Shown piece after piece: positions 1-10,756 of a stretch of 64,000 bases of DNA (position 1 is the first letter of the stretch; the number at the start of each line of letters is the position of its first letter). A program made the position numbers and the translations under genes. Location of the stretch: NCBI GenBank assembly GCA_029262275.1, contig JAJCZS010000009.1, forward strand, positions 4,284 to 68,283, written 5' to 3'. A model generated the notes under the pieces. It had not been told where the DNA came from and ran no database searches. It worked only from the letters and a program-made list of their open reading frames with translations. This stretch comes from Deltaproteobacteria bacterium. GTDB taxonomy: Bacteria; Desulfobacterota_D; UBA1144; Nemesobacterales; UBA2774.

Positions 1-795
1 TGTATTTATTCTTGTTATGTAGGGATTATGGTCGTTTCTTACTTTAAGACCCATAACAATCTCTTCAAGCGAAGCATTACCCGCTCTTTCTCCAAGACCG
101 TTTATTGTGCACTCAACTTGCCTTGCGCCTGCTTGAACTGCTGCGGTTGAGTTTGCAACTGCAAGCCCGAGGTCGTTGTGGCAATGAACGCTAAGGGTTA
201 GATCGTCAAGTCCATCTACTCTTTCTAAGAGTGTAGTGATTATGTGAGCAAATTCCTCAGGCACTGTATATCCCACAGTGTCAGGAATGTTTATTGTTGT
301 TGCTCCAGATCTCACCGCCAGATCCACCGCCCTTACAAGGTAGTCAAGATCGGTTCTGGTGGCGTCTTCGCATGAGAACTCCACGTTTTCTGTGTAGTTC
401 CTTGCGTGTTTGACAGCACCACTTATGATTTCAAGTACTTCGTCTTGAGATTTTCTAAGTTTATGTTTTAAATGAATGTCCGAGGTTGCGATGAAGGTAT
501 GAATCCTAGGGGCTTCAGCTCCTTTCACTGCTTCCCAACCGCGGTCAATGTCTCTATAGTTGGCTCTGCAGAGCCCAGCTATCTCACAGCCACGAATGGT
601 ATCAGCAATGATTTTTACAGACTGGAAATCACCTTCTGAAGAAATCGGAAATCCGGCTTCGATAATATCGACACCCAACTTCTCGAGCTGGTGAGCTACA
701 CGTAGCTTTTCTTCTGCAGTCATCCCACAACCGGGAGCCTGTTCACCGTCTCTTAAAGTCGTATCGAATATCTTAACCATATTACTACTTCCCAT
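1..795 (-). CDS. leuA: 2-isopropylmalate synthase, N-terminal part (runs off the window start; not in ORF track)
   Basis: Manual translation [22 protein letters not shown]...[13 protein letters not shown]...[11 protein letters not shown]; GAGGAGG RBS upstream. Confidence 0.95.
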   Translation of the reverse strand, partial: MGSSNMVKIFDTTLRDGEQAPGCGMTAEEKLRVAHQLEKLGVDIIEAGFPISSEGDFQSVKIIADTIRGCEIAGLCRANYRDIDRGWEAVKGAEAPRIHTFIATSDIHLKHKLRKSQDEVLEIISGAVKHARNYTENVEFSCEDATRTDLDYLVRAVDLAVRSGATTINIPDTVGYTVPEEFAHIITTLLERVDGLDDLTLSVHCHNDLGLAVANSTAAVQAGARQVECTINGLGERAGNASLEEIVMGLKVRNDHNPYITRINT

Positions 796-875
796 TTCAA
801 TAACCTCCTCAAATTTAAACAAATATTTTAAGTCTGGACTAAGGTGTTGTCAATTGTTGTTAATGGATTAGAGCT

Positions 876-1646
876 TCACAAACCGGTAGGTAAATCAATA
901 AAAGAAGTGGAGACCTTGAGCTTTTTCCCAACAACTTTTGAGAGTGCTTTAAGACCTACAGTTTCTGTGGCATGATGTCCTGCAAATATTACATTCATTT
1001 CTGAATCCTTTGCTGTATAGTATACCTCAGCAGTGTCTCCAGTTATATATAAATCAGCTTTTAACGCTAAAGCCTCATAAAAACCCCCGTAACTACCCCC
1101 ACCGCTGCATACTGCTATTGTCTTTATGTTCTTTTTGCCAAATGGTAGAACGATGCATTTTGTCTCTATACTTTCATTTAACTTTTTCTCTATGTCCGTG
1201 ATTGAGATTGCCTTCTTCCTCTCACCAAGCCAGCCAATATTGCGGCCTTTATGAATCAGAAACTCTTTTTTTATAGGGGCTCCAAGGAGTTTTAGCAGCT
1301 CGGCATTATTGCCAACGTCTTTGTGTCTATCAAGAGGCAGGTGGCATGCATAAAGAGAAAGGTTGTTTTCATAGAGAAGGTCAATACGTTCTTTGGACCA
1401 ACCAATAACAGAAGGATTATGTGAACTCCAGAAATGGCCGTGGTGAACGATCAGCATATCTGCATTTAGCCTACTAGCTTCTTCAAAAGATTTGACCGAT
1501 GCATCAACTGCAAAGGCTATTTTCTTCACCACAGAGCAGCCTTCAAACTGAAGACCATTCCAGGATGAATCTTGAATATCATCAATTTCTAAATACTTAT
1601 CCAGAAAACCGACAACTTTATTTAGTGTTGGCATTTTATTGAGCAA
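876..1646 (-). CDS. Nif3-like dinuclear metal centre protein (YbgI family)
   Basis: NGLQ, AVDAS, IVHHG, YACHLPLD and GHHATE motifs. Confidence 0.9.
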   Translation of the reverse strand: MLNKMPTLNKVVGFLDKYLEIDDIQDSSWNGLQFEGCSVVKKIAFAVDASVKSFEEASRLNADMLIVHHGHFWSSHNPSVIGWSKERIDLLYENNLSLYACHLPLDRHKDVGNNAELLKLLGAPIKKEFLIHKGRNIGWLGERKKAISITDIEKKLNESIETKCIVLPFGKKNIKTIAVCSGGGSYGGFYEALALKADLYITGDTAEVYYTAKDSEMNVIFAGHHATETVGLKALSKVVGKKLKVSTSFIDLPTGL

Positions 1647-1679
1647 AAGTGAAAGATTTATGATATACGACTAAAATTA

Positions 1680-1931
1680 TTATCTTTTTACCATACGGTA
1701 GATAAGTAATAGTACTATTGAACCTATTACAGCAAAAATAAAGCTCTTTATGTCAAAACCTGGTTGAACACCCGCAAAACCAAGAATATTGGCAATAAAA
1801 CCACCTACAAGCGCACCGACTATACCTATTATGATAGTCATGATAAAACCGCCCGGGTCTTTTCCAGGAAGAATCATTTTAGCAACAGCACCTGCAATTA
1901 AACCAAAGATAATCCAAGATATTATTCCCAT
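1680..1931 (-). CDS. GlsB/YeaQ/YmgE family membrane protein
   Basis: WIIFGLIAGAVAKMILPG...GIVGALVGG pattern, 83 aa. Confidence 0.9.
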   Translation of the reverse strand: MGIISWIIFGLIAGAVAKMILPGKDPGGFIMTIIIGIVGALVGGFIANILGFAGVQPGFDIKSFIFAVIGSIVLLLIYRMVKR

Positions 1932-2015
1932 GTAGTGCCTCCTTGTGACAATTGGTTGAAAAGAATTTCTGACTATAAATAGTACTACTTTTTATTTGGA
2001 AGTTCAAAGGGAGTC

Positions 2016-2456
2016 TTATTCCATTCTTTGACTGTAGTCCCAGGAATATATCCGGATTGGTTCAATGCAAATGGCAACCTCAGTATCTTTTCTTGTAAGA
2101 AGCCAATTCGCTAAATCTTTATTTGTATCATCCAGAAAACGGTCGATAAGTTTCTCAAGTTTCTCAGCACCTTTTTCGGGTATGATAGAAACATGGCCTT
2201 TACCCCTAACCCCCATATAAGGACTAGCGTTAGGCCCTACCTCAAAACCACACTTATTATTGGCTTTTAATATATTTGCTACTGAGGAATCCTCTTGAAC
2301 TGCACACCAGATTTTTCCTCTATCATACAAATACCAAAGAGAAAAAACAGTTGGATAACCTGTTGATGTGATACCAGATAATCTCAATGGAAACTTTGTC
2401 TGGTTAAGATATTCCTCAACCCTTTTAATATCCCAATCGCCTTTTATTTCCAGCAT
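2016..2456 (-). CDS. pyridoxamine 5'-phosphate oxidase-like (FMN split-barrel) protein
   Basis: GYPTVFSLWYLYD...GVRGKG pattern. Confidence 0.7.
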   Translation of the reverse strand: MLEIKGDWDIKRVEEYLNQTKFPLRLSGITSTGYPTVFSLWYLYDRGKIWCAVQEDSSVANILKANNKCGFEVGPNASPYMGVRGKGHVSIIPEKGAEKLEKLIDRFLDDTNKDLANWLLTRKDTEVAICIEPIRIYSWDYSQRME

Positions 2457-2591
2457 AATTATTAATTGAGCTCCTAGTCAAAATGATCTTATATTTATTA
2501 TAGCTTGAATCTATGAAATTAGAGTAAACATTTGCAGATTAGAAAAATTACCTTATTCTATTAACTATAAACCAAGGAGGGTTTTTTCGTT

Positions 2592-2966
2592 ATGATTAGA
2601 ACAAAAATATTACTAAACTTTCTAGCTTTAATAGCAATTCTGTCATTTGGAACCTTTACACAGGCTCAGAATCAAAGCTCCAACTTGAAACCACTAGATG
2701 CTAAATATGTATGCATGATTACAAATCAGGAATTTGCCAAAGAGCAGATCCCGGTTGAGGTAGAGGGTAAAACATACTACGGATGCTGTGAGATGTGTAA
2801 GGCTAAAATAAAGAACAACCCTCAAAGCAGAGCAGCAATTGACCCAGTTAGCGGAAACGAGGTAGATAAAGCTGTAGCAGTTATCGGAGCTGCACCGGAC
2901 GGAAGCATTTTCTATTTTGAGAGCGAAGAGAATTTAAGTCAGTTTAGTCCTACAGCTGCTAATTAG
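2592..2966 (+). CDS. secreted TRASH/YHS-like metal-binding protein
   Basis: Signal peptide; VCM, KTYYGCCEMCK and DPVSG motifs. Confidence 0.7.
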   Translation: MIRTKILLNFLALIAILSFGTFTQAQNQSSNLKPLDAKYVCMITNQEFAKEQIPVEVEGKTYYGCCEMCKAKIKNNPQSRAAIDPVSGNEVDKAVAVIGAAPDGSIFYFESEENLSQFSPTAAN

Positions 2967-3019
2967 AATTGACTGATAAAGCTCAAACTTCCCATTAATC
3001 TCACGCTTCAAGAGATGTT

Positions 3020-4195
3020 ATGTATAAAAATAAACTTTCAAAGTTTACTAGCTCAATAGTTGTATTTACAATTTGTATTACAATATTCTCTGCTTTTCTT
3101 ATAAGCTCATCATGCAGCAATGATAATTCGTCCCTTGATCCTGAGCTATCACAGACACTTAGACAAATCCTCTCAGAGAATATGGATGAATATGGTATTC
3201 CTGGTGCACTCGTAGGAGTTTGGATTCCTGGAGAGGGCAAGCTAATTTTTGAAGAAGGCGTCTCTGATATTGATAATGATGAACCAATTGAAAGAGAGGA
3301 TCATATGCGAATAGGGAGTGTAACCAAATCCTTTACAGTCACAGTGATATTACAGCTTGTTGATGAAGGTTTGCTAAGTTTGGATGATCCTTTATCGAAA
3401 TTCTTCCCAGAAATAATAAATAGCAGTGCAACTGTCCGTGAATTAGCAAATATGAGAAGTGGAATTTTTAACTATACCGATGACATAGACTTTATTATTG
3501 TATTTCTCGAAGATCTTTTAAGAAAATGGCAACCCCAGGAATTGGTTGATGTAGCCGATGGCAATTTGCCTTACTTTGCTCCTGATGGAGGCTGGCACTA
3601 CTCTAATACCAATACGGTTATTTTAGGAATGATCATACAACAGGTCACGGGTAATTTTGTGGGTGCAGAGATTCAAGACAGAATAATTGAGCCACTTGGG
3701 CTTGGAGGAACAATTTATCCTCTATCCCCGGACATGCCTTTACCTTTTTCCAGAGGATATGCAGAATTTGACCAGGAAATTGGTTTGATGGACGTAACGT
3801 TCTCAGATCCATCAGCTTCTGCAGCTTCAGGTGCCATGATTTCTAGACTATCGGATTTGCGTAAGTGGGGTGAGGCACTAGGAACGGGGAGTCTGCTTAA
3901 GAAAGAAACTCACCAGATACAAATAAACAGCTTAAACCCAATCATGTTTGACCCATGCGATGATAATGACCCTGAAAGACCAAAGAGAACTTGTCCTGAG
4001 TATGATGAATATGGCCTTGGACTCGGAGAAATTGAAGGCTGGGTAGGACATACAGGCGAATACCTAGGCTACACATCTCTTGTAATGTTCAAGCCAGAGA
4101 GCAAATCTGTCATTGTAATCATGATGAATATATTTGATGTGGGAGAACATGTTCCGACTGTAGTTTTTAGAGATTATGCCGAGATTCTGAACTAA
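3020..4195 (+). CDS. serine hydrolase (class C beta-lactamase / D-Ala-D-Ala peptidase family), possible lipoprotein
   Basis: SxxK (GSVTK), YSN and GHTG motifs. Confidence 0.9.
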   Translation: MYKNKLSKFTSSIVVFTICITIFSAFLISSSCSNDNSSLDPELSQTLRQILSENMDEYGIPGALVGVWIPGEGKLIFEEGVSDIDNDEPIEREDHMRIGSVTKSFTVTVILQLVDEGLLSLDDPLSKFFPEIINSSATVRELANMRSGIFNYTDDIDFIIVFLEDLLRKWQPQELVDVADGNLPYFAPDGGWHYSNTNTVILGMIIQQVTGNFVGAEIQDRIIEPLGLGGTIYPLSPDMPLPFSRGYAEFDQEIGLMDVTFSDPSASAASGAMISRLSDLRKWGEALGTGSLLKKETHQIQINSLNPIMFDPCDDNDPERPKRTCPEYDEYGLGLGEIEGWVGHTGEYLGYTSLVMFKPESKSVIVIMMNIFDVGEHVPTVVFRDYAEILN

Positions 4196-4226
4196 CTGAA
4201 AACCTACATAATATGATTTTCGCTAA

Positions 4227-4406
4227 CTATGTTAACCCTACATAAATAGCCCAGAGAGCCAGAATCGTCCAGATTGAAATCATTATCCAGTAAAGCGCAG
4301 GTTCCTTAGCACGCATCACTTTACGATGAATCCATGTGCTGCCAGTAAAAATTTCATAGATATCCCATGCAAGTAGTGCTATTCCTACAAGTAACCAAAT
4401 ATTCAT
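4227..4406 (-). CDS. small membrane protein, 59 aa (not in ORF track)
   Basis: Manual translation MNIWLLVGIALLAWDIYEIFTGSTWIHRKVMRAKEPALYWIMISIWTILALWAIYVGLT; two hydrophobic segments; starts 18 nt after the ABM gene stop. Confidence 0.6.
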   Translation of the reverse strand: MNIWLLVGIALLAWDIYEIFTGSTWIHRKVMRAKEPALYWIMISIWTILALWAIYVGLT

Positions 4407-4423
4407 TTTGATAGAATGAGAAA

Positions 4424-4717
4424 CTATCCGTTTACAATATCTAAAAAGACCCTGTTAGGACGTCCGTCTAGGAAAGAACGAATTTTTTCTAAGTCTCCTC
4501 TCTCTTCTCTCCAATGGTGGTACTTTTCATAGTTCTCTTTTGCAGCCCATTTTTCAACTAAGAAGATACGGCTTGGATCCTCTTCATCTACGCATAAGGA
4601 AATACCTTCATTGCCCTCAAAATTACGTGTATCAGGTAGAATTTCTGCAAAGAAATCTGCGTACTCAGAAAGTTTATCCTCTTTAATTTTTGCATCTACA
4701 ATTAACATTATGCTCAT
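4424..4717 (-). CDS. antibiotic biosynthesis monooxygenase (ABM) family protein
   Basis: LPDTRNFEGNEG...LVEKW pattern. Confidence 0.85.
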   Translation of the reverse strand: MSIMLIVDAKIKEDKLSEYADFFAEILPDTRNFEGNEGISLCVDEEDPSRIFLVEKWAAKENYEKYHHWREERGDLEKIRSFLDGRPNRVFLDIVNG

Positions 4718-5010
4718 TTCGGAATCCCCCTCAATCTAAATGTATATTTTATATATACCCCTGGTTCTATATATAAAGACCTTTTATTGATCGTATCATA
4801 CAAAAAAAGTTTTACAATATCTAAAAATTCACATTTGAACAGGAGATTATGGCTGGGGCTCTTGGATACACTTCGAACCCCAGAACATTACACTTGCTTA
4901 ACCATCGAAGCAAGCTATTTTCAAGAATATGCTTTATCTGGTTGACAATATTTTTACTACCTTTTCGTCAAGCTCGGTTTAAGTTGGAATATCAAATATT
5001 ACAATTAAAC

Positions 5011-5034
5011 AAAAAGGGGAACCGAGGTTCCCCT
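5011..5034 (-). terminator. intrinsic terminator of the IPTL-CTERM gene
   Basis: AGGGGAACC/GGTTCCCCT stem followed by T5 on the minus strand. Confidence 0.7.
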
Positions 5035-5062
5035 AGTTCTTGAATTTAAGTGGTATTAGGTT

Positions 5063-6385
5063 TTAAGCAGTTGCTTTCCTTCTTCTCATAACCATAAAAC
5101 CAACTATTCCCAAAATACCAGCCATAGCTATAAGTCCCCACTCAGATAAAGTTGGAATGTCTTTGGGTGGGAATACCCAGTTTACCTCTACTGTGTTTGA
5201 TTCAACAGTCATGTCAGTTAAATCATCAAAGAATGAAGCTACAATCGTATCAGTACCCATAGATTGACTCGTATATGTCCAGGATACCTCGCCGTTTTCA
5301 TCTGTAGTGCAGTCATTATTAGGAGTACATTCTCCCTCACCGGGATTACTCATTTCTCCGGTGTTAGGTCCTGATGTTACTTCAAATGAAACCAAAATAC
5401 CTTCTTGAGGCTCGTCTCCACAAGTAATAGCAGCAGCAGTAACTGTGTAATCTGTTAGGACATTGTTTGTCGCAAAAGTGGGGAATAAACTTATACTATT
5501 TCCGTCGCTATTGCAGTTGCCCACAGGACATAAATCAGTGACTAGGACGTTATCAAAATAAAGCCCATTTCCGTCAAAGGATGGGTTCTCGTTACTAGTC
5601 TCAAACAGAAGTTGGTCAACCACACGGGCCCCAATGCACGACTCCCAACTCGAGCCTGTGTGAACCAGACAACCATCCACGTATATATTTACAATGTCGT
5701 TGCCCTCTGCGCCGGGTTGACCAGCAGTTCCAGACGCAAGTCCATCCACGAAAAATATCTCAATGCCTAGCCTATGCCAGTCTGTGTATGACAAATCTGT
5801 TGCAATTAGAGTGTTAGGAAAAGTACATCCATCAGCGGTCTGGACATATGTGAGATCGAAACCACTTACTCCATTGTCTACAATACGCACAAATGCTTGG
5901 CGTGTATCAGAAGAGTTGGCATCAATTATAAACTCCAAACCAGCCTGAGCGCTCCCTGTAGCGGAACGAAAGTCCACCTGGCCATAGAAATTGCTCGTGG
6001 TTGACGGCCCACAAGAATCATTAGGAAGGCTTACAGTCTCACCCGATATAACACCCGGATTACGAGGCGAATGAGGGTTTTGCCCCCCTGAACCTGAATC
6101 TACCGCTGTTGAAATTCGCCAAACCTTTCCGTGCGGGTCGGGACTCAAATCTACAACTTCCTCATCTGTTCCCGGTGTGGGGATAAACCAGGCTTCCCTA
6201 CAGCTATTACCAAAACTCATAGGCGGAGCTATAGTGTTGCCATTGGGCTCAAGATCGTCAACGGATTGACCAACCACAAAGCCTGGGGGTTCAAAGTCCG
6301 TAAAGGTCTCCGCCACGGCCATCTGAAAACCACCAAATCCGAATACTGCCGCCAAAGCAATAAACTTAAATAATGTTCTTCTCAT
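5063..6385 (-). CDS. secreted IPTL-CTERM sorting-domain protein (Ig-like region near the C terminus)
   Basis: Signal peptide; C-terminal IPTLSEWG + TM helix + RRRK. Confidence 0.85.
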   Translation of the reverse strand: MRRTLFKFIALAAVFGFGGFQMAVAETFTDFEPPGFVVGQSVDDLEPNGNTIAPPMSFGNSCREAWFIPTPGTDEEVVDLSPDPHGKVWRISTAVDSGSGGQNPHSPRNPGVISGETVSLPNDSCGPSTTSNFYGQVDFRSATGSAQAGLEFIIDANSSDTRQAFVRIVDNGVSGFDLTYVQTADGCTFPNTLIATDLSYTDWHRLGIEIFFVDGLASGTAGQPGAEGNDIVNIYVDGCLVHTGSSWESCIGARVVDQLLFETSNENPSFDGNGLYFDNVLVTDLCPVGNCNSDGNSISLFPTFATNNVLTDYTVTAAAITCGDEPQEGILVSFEVTSGPNTGEMSNPGEGECTPNNDCTTDENGEVSWTYTSQSMGTDTIVASFFDDLTDMTVESNTVEVNWVFPPKDIPTLSEWGLIAMAGILGIVGFMVMRRRKATA

Positions 6386-6561
6386 AATTATTGCCCTCCA
6401 TCTTAGTATCTATAATTTTTTTTTATATAATGTCAACCCGATGTAAAGAATCCGCCCTATAAGTTGAAATTTGCATGTATTTTCTTAAGAAGTATAAGTA
6501 GTATGAGTATGACAAAAAGTGGTTTTAAGAATATTTAACGTTTACATTATGTTAGAAATGT

Positions 6562-6635
6562 TGGCTGGGGCACAAGGATTCGAACCTTGATCTTCGGATC
6601 CAGAGACCGACGTACTGCCGTTATACTATGCCCCA
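6562..6635 (-). tRNA. tRNA-Gln(CTG)
   Basis: TGGGGCA/TGCCCCA acceptor stem, CT-CTG-GA anticodon loop, GGTTCGAATCC T arm, encoded CCA. Confidence 0.95.
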
Positions 6636-6744
6636 GTAGGGCTTTTAGTATTTATAATAATATGGGCTCAGTCAAGTTCTTTGCGTCATGAAAAGTATTA
6701 GATACACTTTAAAATAATATATCCGATTGAAAAGGTAAGAGGCC

Positions 6745-7107
6745 ATGGCAGACAAGCACTATGAAATATTAGAAACTTTTGAGAATCAATACCCTGGAAG
6801 GGAATACGAGATAGATATATCATGCCCCGAGTTTACGTGTGTTTGCCCAAAGACAGGGCAGCCCGATTTTGCGGTGATTAATCTCAAATACGTTCCCGAC
6901 AAACTCTGCATAGAGCTTAAATCGCTTAAGCTGTATATGTTTTCATACAGAGATGAAGGCGCTTTCCATGAACATGTTACAAATCAAATTCTAGACCATA
7001 TCGTCAAAGCCTGCAGCCCAATTAGGGCGGAAGTAACAGGGGACTTTAACGTTAGGGGTGGAATAAAAACTATAGTTAGAGCTAAATATTGTAGAGATAA
7101 AGACTAA
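6745..7107 (+). CDS. queF: preQ1 synthase (7-cyano-7-deazaguanine reductase)
   Basis: [24 protein letters not shown] and RGGI motifs. Confidence 0.95.
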   Translation: MADKHYEILETFENQYPGREYEIDISCPEFTCVCPKTGQPDFAVINLKYVPDKLCIELKSLKLYMFSYRDEGAFHEHVTNQILDHIVKACSPIRAEVTGDFNVRGGIKTIVRAKYCRDKD

Positions 7108-7222
7108 GAACCAGGATTTACGTGACATAGTCACCTTTTTTTAAGAGAATTAGCAAAAGTTATATCTTTAGGAACAAATAGAAGTTAGTATTTTTCATAA
7201 CCATCTATAAGGTAGATATGAA

Positions 7223-8035
7223 TTGCTGCTAAAAGCTCAAATATACATTACTGGCGTTATTATATTACTTATCATAGCCACGGCCTTGGCGGCTCCCTAT
7301 ATTGCCCCATTTGCATACGACGACACTGATTTTTCAAACACCCTTAGCTCACCAAATAAAATAAATCTCATGGGCACGGATCAAGAAGGAAGGGACCTAT
7401 TTAGCAGAGTGATATACGGGTCCAGGGTTTCTATATCTGTTGCACTGGGTACAGCCCTAATTGCACTTATTATTGGAACTTTGTACGGAGCCCTATCAGG
7501 CTACCTTGGCGGGAAAGTAGATGAATTAATGATGAGAGTAGTCGACATATTCTATTCACTTCCCGATCTGTTATTGATAGTTCTTGTTACACTAGTAATT
7601 GGAAGAGGGGTTTTGGGGATTGTGCTTGCTCTCGGGTTCACAGCCTGGATGAGAGTTGCAAGAATAGTTAGGGGAAACGTGCTTCAAATAAAAGGGGTCG
7701 ACTATGTGCAATCGGCAAGAAGCCTTGGGGCATCCCCCGCTAGAATAATGGGGCTTCATATTATTCCTAATATCCTAAGCCCTCTCATTATTACAATCAC
7801 ATTTGCTGTACCATATGCAATATTGGCTGAATCGACGCTTAGTTTTTTAGGTCTAGGCATAGCGCCTCCAGAGTCTAGCTGGGGCACATTGGCAAGCACT
7901 GGGTGGCAGGGTATAAGGACATTTCCACATTTAATAGTATTTCCTAGTCTTGCGATTTTTATAACGGCATTTTCATTTAATCTATTTGGAGAAGGTCTAA
8001 GAGATATACTCGACCCTCAAAGAACAAAGAGATAG
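7223..8035 (+). CDS. peptide/nickel ABC transporter permease (OppC/DppC-like)
   Basis: GTDQEGRDLFSRVIYG, EAA-like loop, AESTLSFLGLG. Confidence 0.9.
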   Translation: MLLKAQIYITGVIILLIIATALAAPYIAPFAYDDTDFSNTLSSPNKINLMGTDQEGRDLFSRVIYGSRVSISVALGTALIALIIGTLYGALSGYLGGKVDELMMRVVDIFYSLPDLLLIVLVTLVIGRGVLGIVLALGFTAWMRVARIVRGNVLQIKGVDYVQSARSLGASPARIMGLHIIPNILSPLIITITFAVPYAILAESTLSFLGLGIAPPESSWGTLASTGWQGIRTFPHLIVFPSLAIFITAFSFNLFGEGLRDILDPQRTKR

Positions 8036-8075
8036 GGGTCATATTAAATTAAGATTTCTTGGAGGGAAATCATAT

Positions 8076-10124
8076 ATGAATCGGAACCATCTAATAGCAA
8101 TATTTTCAATTGTTATACTGAGCGTATTTCTTTGCTCCCCCTCTCACTCTACCACCAGGTTAAACTGTCAGTCCGAGATATATCAGCAAGTAACGGCCGA
8201 CCCTAAAGACAAATTTAAAAAAGGCTACTGTTTTATAAAACTCGGTCAATATCAGCAAGGTGTTACAAGACTAAATGGAGTCGCAGGTGAGTTACCGGAA
8301 ATTGGCGACTACGTAATCTATTTTCAAGCTGCGGGATATGAGAACCTTGGCGATTACAATAATTCAGCTGCTCTATTTAATAAAATTCTAAGCCAATACC
8401 CTGATAGTGGGCTCAAGAAAAAGGCTCTTTCACGTTTAGGAAACATCTATACTCAGTCAGGTGACTACGGCAATGCTGAGAGGATATTTAGATCCCTCTC
8501 GAATGAGGAAAAGAATAGAAGCCTAAAAGCTTCATATTTGCTTGGATTAGGTGAGGCAATGGAAAAACAAGGAAAATATTCAGAAGCCGTAGCTACTTAC
8601 AAACGTATCTGGGTTCAATTTCCTGAGACCAAATCCTCAAGTGAAGCTTACACAGCAGCTACTAACATTAGTAGTACTCAAGGAACCCCCTTTCAACCTA
8701 GCCAGTCTGATTACCTTCAGCGTGCAAATATTCTCTTTGATAAATCCAGATGGAGTGCGGCCCTTAGCAACTACAGCAAGCTCTCATCAAAAAGCACTGA
8801 AGTTAGAACAAACATGGGAATATCTATGGTTAAAACTAAGCGACTTAATGAGGCTGAGAACTTACTTAAAAATATCAACTCACCAAGGTCTCTTTTCTGG
8901 AGAGGGAAGCTGAAGACAAAACAGGGGCTCGACTCGCAGGCATCATCCCTATATATTCAAATACATAATCAATTCCCAAACAGCGCTCTTGCTGCAGAGG
9001 GACTCTACAATGCGGCCCGCCTATATCAAATAAATAATCAAACCCAGCAAGCTATAAAGACCTACGACATTTTAATAAGATCATATCCCAGAAATAAGTA
9101 TGCAGAGGACGGCGCCTGGAATTTAGGATGGATATATTACAGAAAAGGGCAGTATAGAGAAGCTCATGGAACCTTCTCTGCATTTACAGAATCTGAATCG
9201 TCATTTAATGCCTCAAACGCAAAATACTGGCGTGCTAGAACGCTTGAAAAACAAGGCAGATTAGATGAAGCCCAAGTTCAGTACAGAGAGCTTGCAGGTT
9301 CCACCACACCTACATATCACACCTATATGGCGCAGAAAAAAAGCGGATATAGTCCCACATATGCAAATATCAACCCTGAATCTATAGCGTTAAATTCCAA
9401 AGCTAGTACTAGAAAACAAAGGGCACAATTATTGATCGCACTTGGAATGCCTGAGGAGGCACAGCTTGAAATAGTAGCAATGGAAGATGAGGCAAATACA
9501 AAGGAAGAGTTTGTTATAGTAAGCCTACTTTATTCACAAGTAGATGATTATTACCAGTCTATTAAGGTTGCTCAGGGCATTGGGCTTCCTCAAGCCAACA
9601 GACTGTCATACCCAAAAGGGTATCAGGAATTTGTAGTGCCCTACGCTAAAAAATATGGGGTTGATGAGCTTATCGTTTACTCCATTATAAGGGAAGAGAG
9701 TAGATTTCAAAAAGATGTTGTGTCCCCAGCGGATGCTGTTGGGCTCATGCAGCTCATACCGCCCACAGCTAGAACAGTAGCTAGGCAGATAGGAATTAAC
9801 GGATTCTCTACAGCTATGCTCACAATACCCAGAATAAATATAGAAATGGGCATATTTTACTTCAAACAGGTGCTCGATAAGTTCAATGGAGACGTTGAAC
9901 TTGCACTAGCGAGTTACAATGCAGGCCCGCATAGGGCTGCTGATTGGAAAGCCAGATTCTATGGACTAGAGAAAGACGAGTTTATAGAAGAAGTACCATT
10001 TAGAGAAACCAGGAACTATATAAGAAGAATTCTTAGGAGCTATGGGGCATACAAAGCTATATACGGGAGCTCTTTAAGTCAGGACCAGCCAACTAGTAGC
10101 GAGCCTGCAAGTCCTTTGAACTAG
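8076..10124 (+). CDS. TPR-containing soluble lytic transglycosylase (Slt70-like)
   Basis: TPR-like helical repeats; EESRF, GLMQL and ASYNAG SLT motifs. Confidence 0.9.
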   Translation: MNRNHLIAIFSIVILSVFLCSPSHSTTRLNCQSEIYQQVTADPKDKFKKGYCFIKLGQYQQGVTRLNGVAGELPEIGDYVIYFQAAGYENLGDYNNSAALFNKILSQYPDSGLKKKALSRLGNIYTQSGDYGNAERIFRSLSNEEKNRSLKASYLLGLGEAMEKQGKYSEAVATYKRIWVQFPETKSSSEAYTAATNISSTQGTPFQPSQSDYLQRANILFDKSRWSAALSNYSKLSSKSTEVRTNMGISMVKTKRLNEAENLLKNINSPRSLFWRGKLKTKQGLDSQASSLYIQIHNQFPNSALAAEGLYNAARLYQINNQTQQAIKTYDILIRSYPRNKYAEDGAWNLGWIYYRKGQYREAHGTFSAFTESESSFNASNAKYWRARTLEKQGRLDEAQVQYRELAGSTTPTYHTYMAQKKSGYSPTYANINPESIALNSKASTRKQRAQLLIALGMPEEAQLEIVAMEDEANTKEEFVIVSLLYSQVDDYYQSIKVAQGIGLPQANRLSYPKGYQEFVVPYAKKYGVDELIVYSIIREESRFQKDVVSPADAVGLMQLIPPTARTVARQIGINGFSTAMLTIPRINIEMGIFYFKQVLDKFNGDVELALASYNAGPHRAADWKARFYGLEKDEFIEEVPFRETRNYIRRILRSYGAYKAIYGSSLSQDQPTSSEPASPLN

Positions 10125-10753
10125 GCTCTTAATTTTTCGCCGCAAATGGCAGCAAAATTTTGAACTATCTTAAGACCAAGGGTGCTACTCTTCTCAGGGT
10201 GAAATTGGGATGCGAAAATATTGTCTTTAGAAACCGCAGCTGTGAACTCAAACCCATAGGTAGTTTTAACTGCGCTTATACTATCGTCCTTGGGACTAGC
10301 ATAGTAGGAATGAACAAAGTAAAACCAGCTGTCTTGAGGGACTCCTTTGAGCACAGGAGTGTCTTTTACTATTTTTATTTCGTTCCATCCCATATGAGGA
10401 ACTTTAAGGCCTTCTTCTTTAAAATCAGGAAACTTGACCACCTTACCTTTAAAAATCCCTAGACCCTGGGCACCAGGAGATTCTTCACTTTCTTCAAATA
10501 GAACCTGAAGACCAAGACAAATCCCCAAAAAAGGTTTTCCTGAATCTATAAAATCTTTTATAGGAGAAATGAGACCATAGTCGTTCAGATTTTTAACGCA
10601 GTCCCCAAATCCTCCTACTCCTGGGAGAACAAGCCCGGAAGCATTTGAGATTTCTTTTGGATCCCTAGTTACAACAGCAGGGAACTCCTGGCTCTGAAAA
10701 GCTTTACTTACACTTCTCAGATTACCCATTCCGTAATCTACAATTGCGATCAT
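10121..10753 (-). CDS. hisH: imidazole glycerol phosphate synthase glutaminase subunit
   Basis: VDYGMGNLRSV, LGICLG, VPHMGWN and QFHPEKS motifs. Confidence 0.97.
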   Translation of the reverse strand: MIAIVDYGMGNLRSVSKAFQSQEFPAVVTRDPKEISNASGLVLPGVGGFGDCVKNLNDYGLISPIKDFIDSGKPFLGICLGLQVLFEESEESPGAQGLGIFKGKVVKFPDFKEEGLKVPHMGWNEIKIVKDTPVLKGVPQDSWFYFVHSYYASPKDDSISAVKTTYGFEFTAAVSKDNIFASQFHPEKSSTLGLKIVQNFAAICGEKLRA

Positions 10754-10756
10754 TTC

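Noticed and set aside
6562-6635. tRNA-Gln as an island attachment site
   Set aside because: No duplicated tRNA 3' end and no tyrosine integrase nearby; the flanking genes are ordinary.
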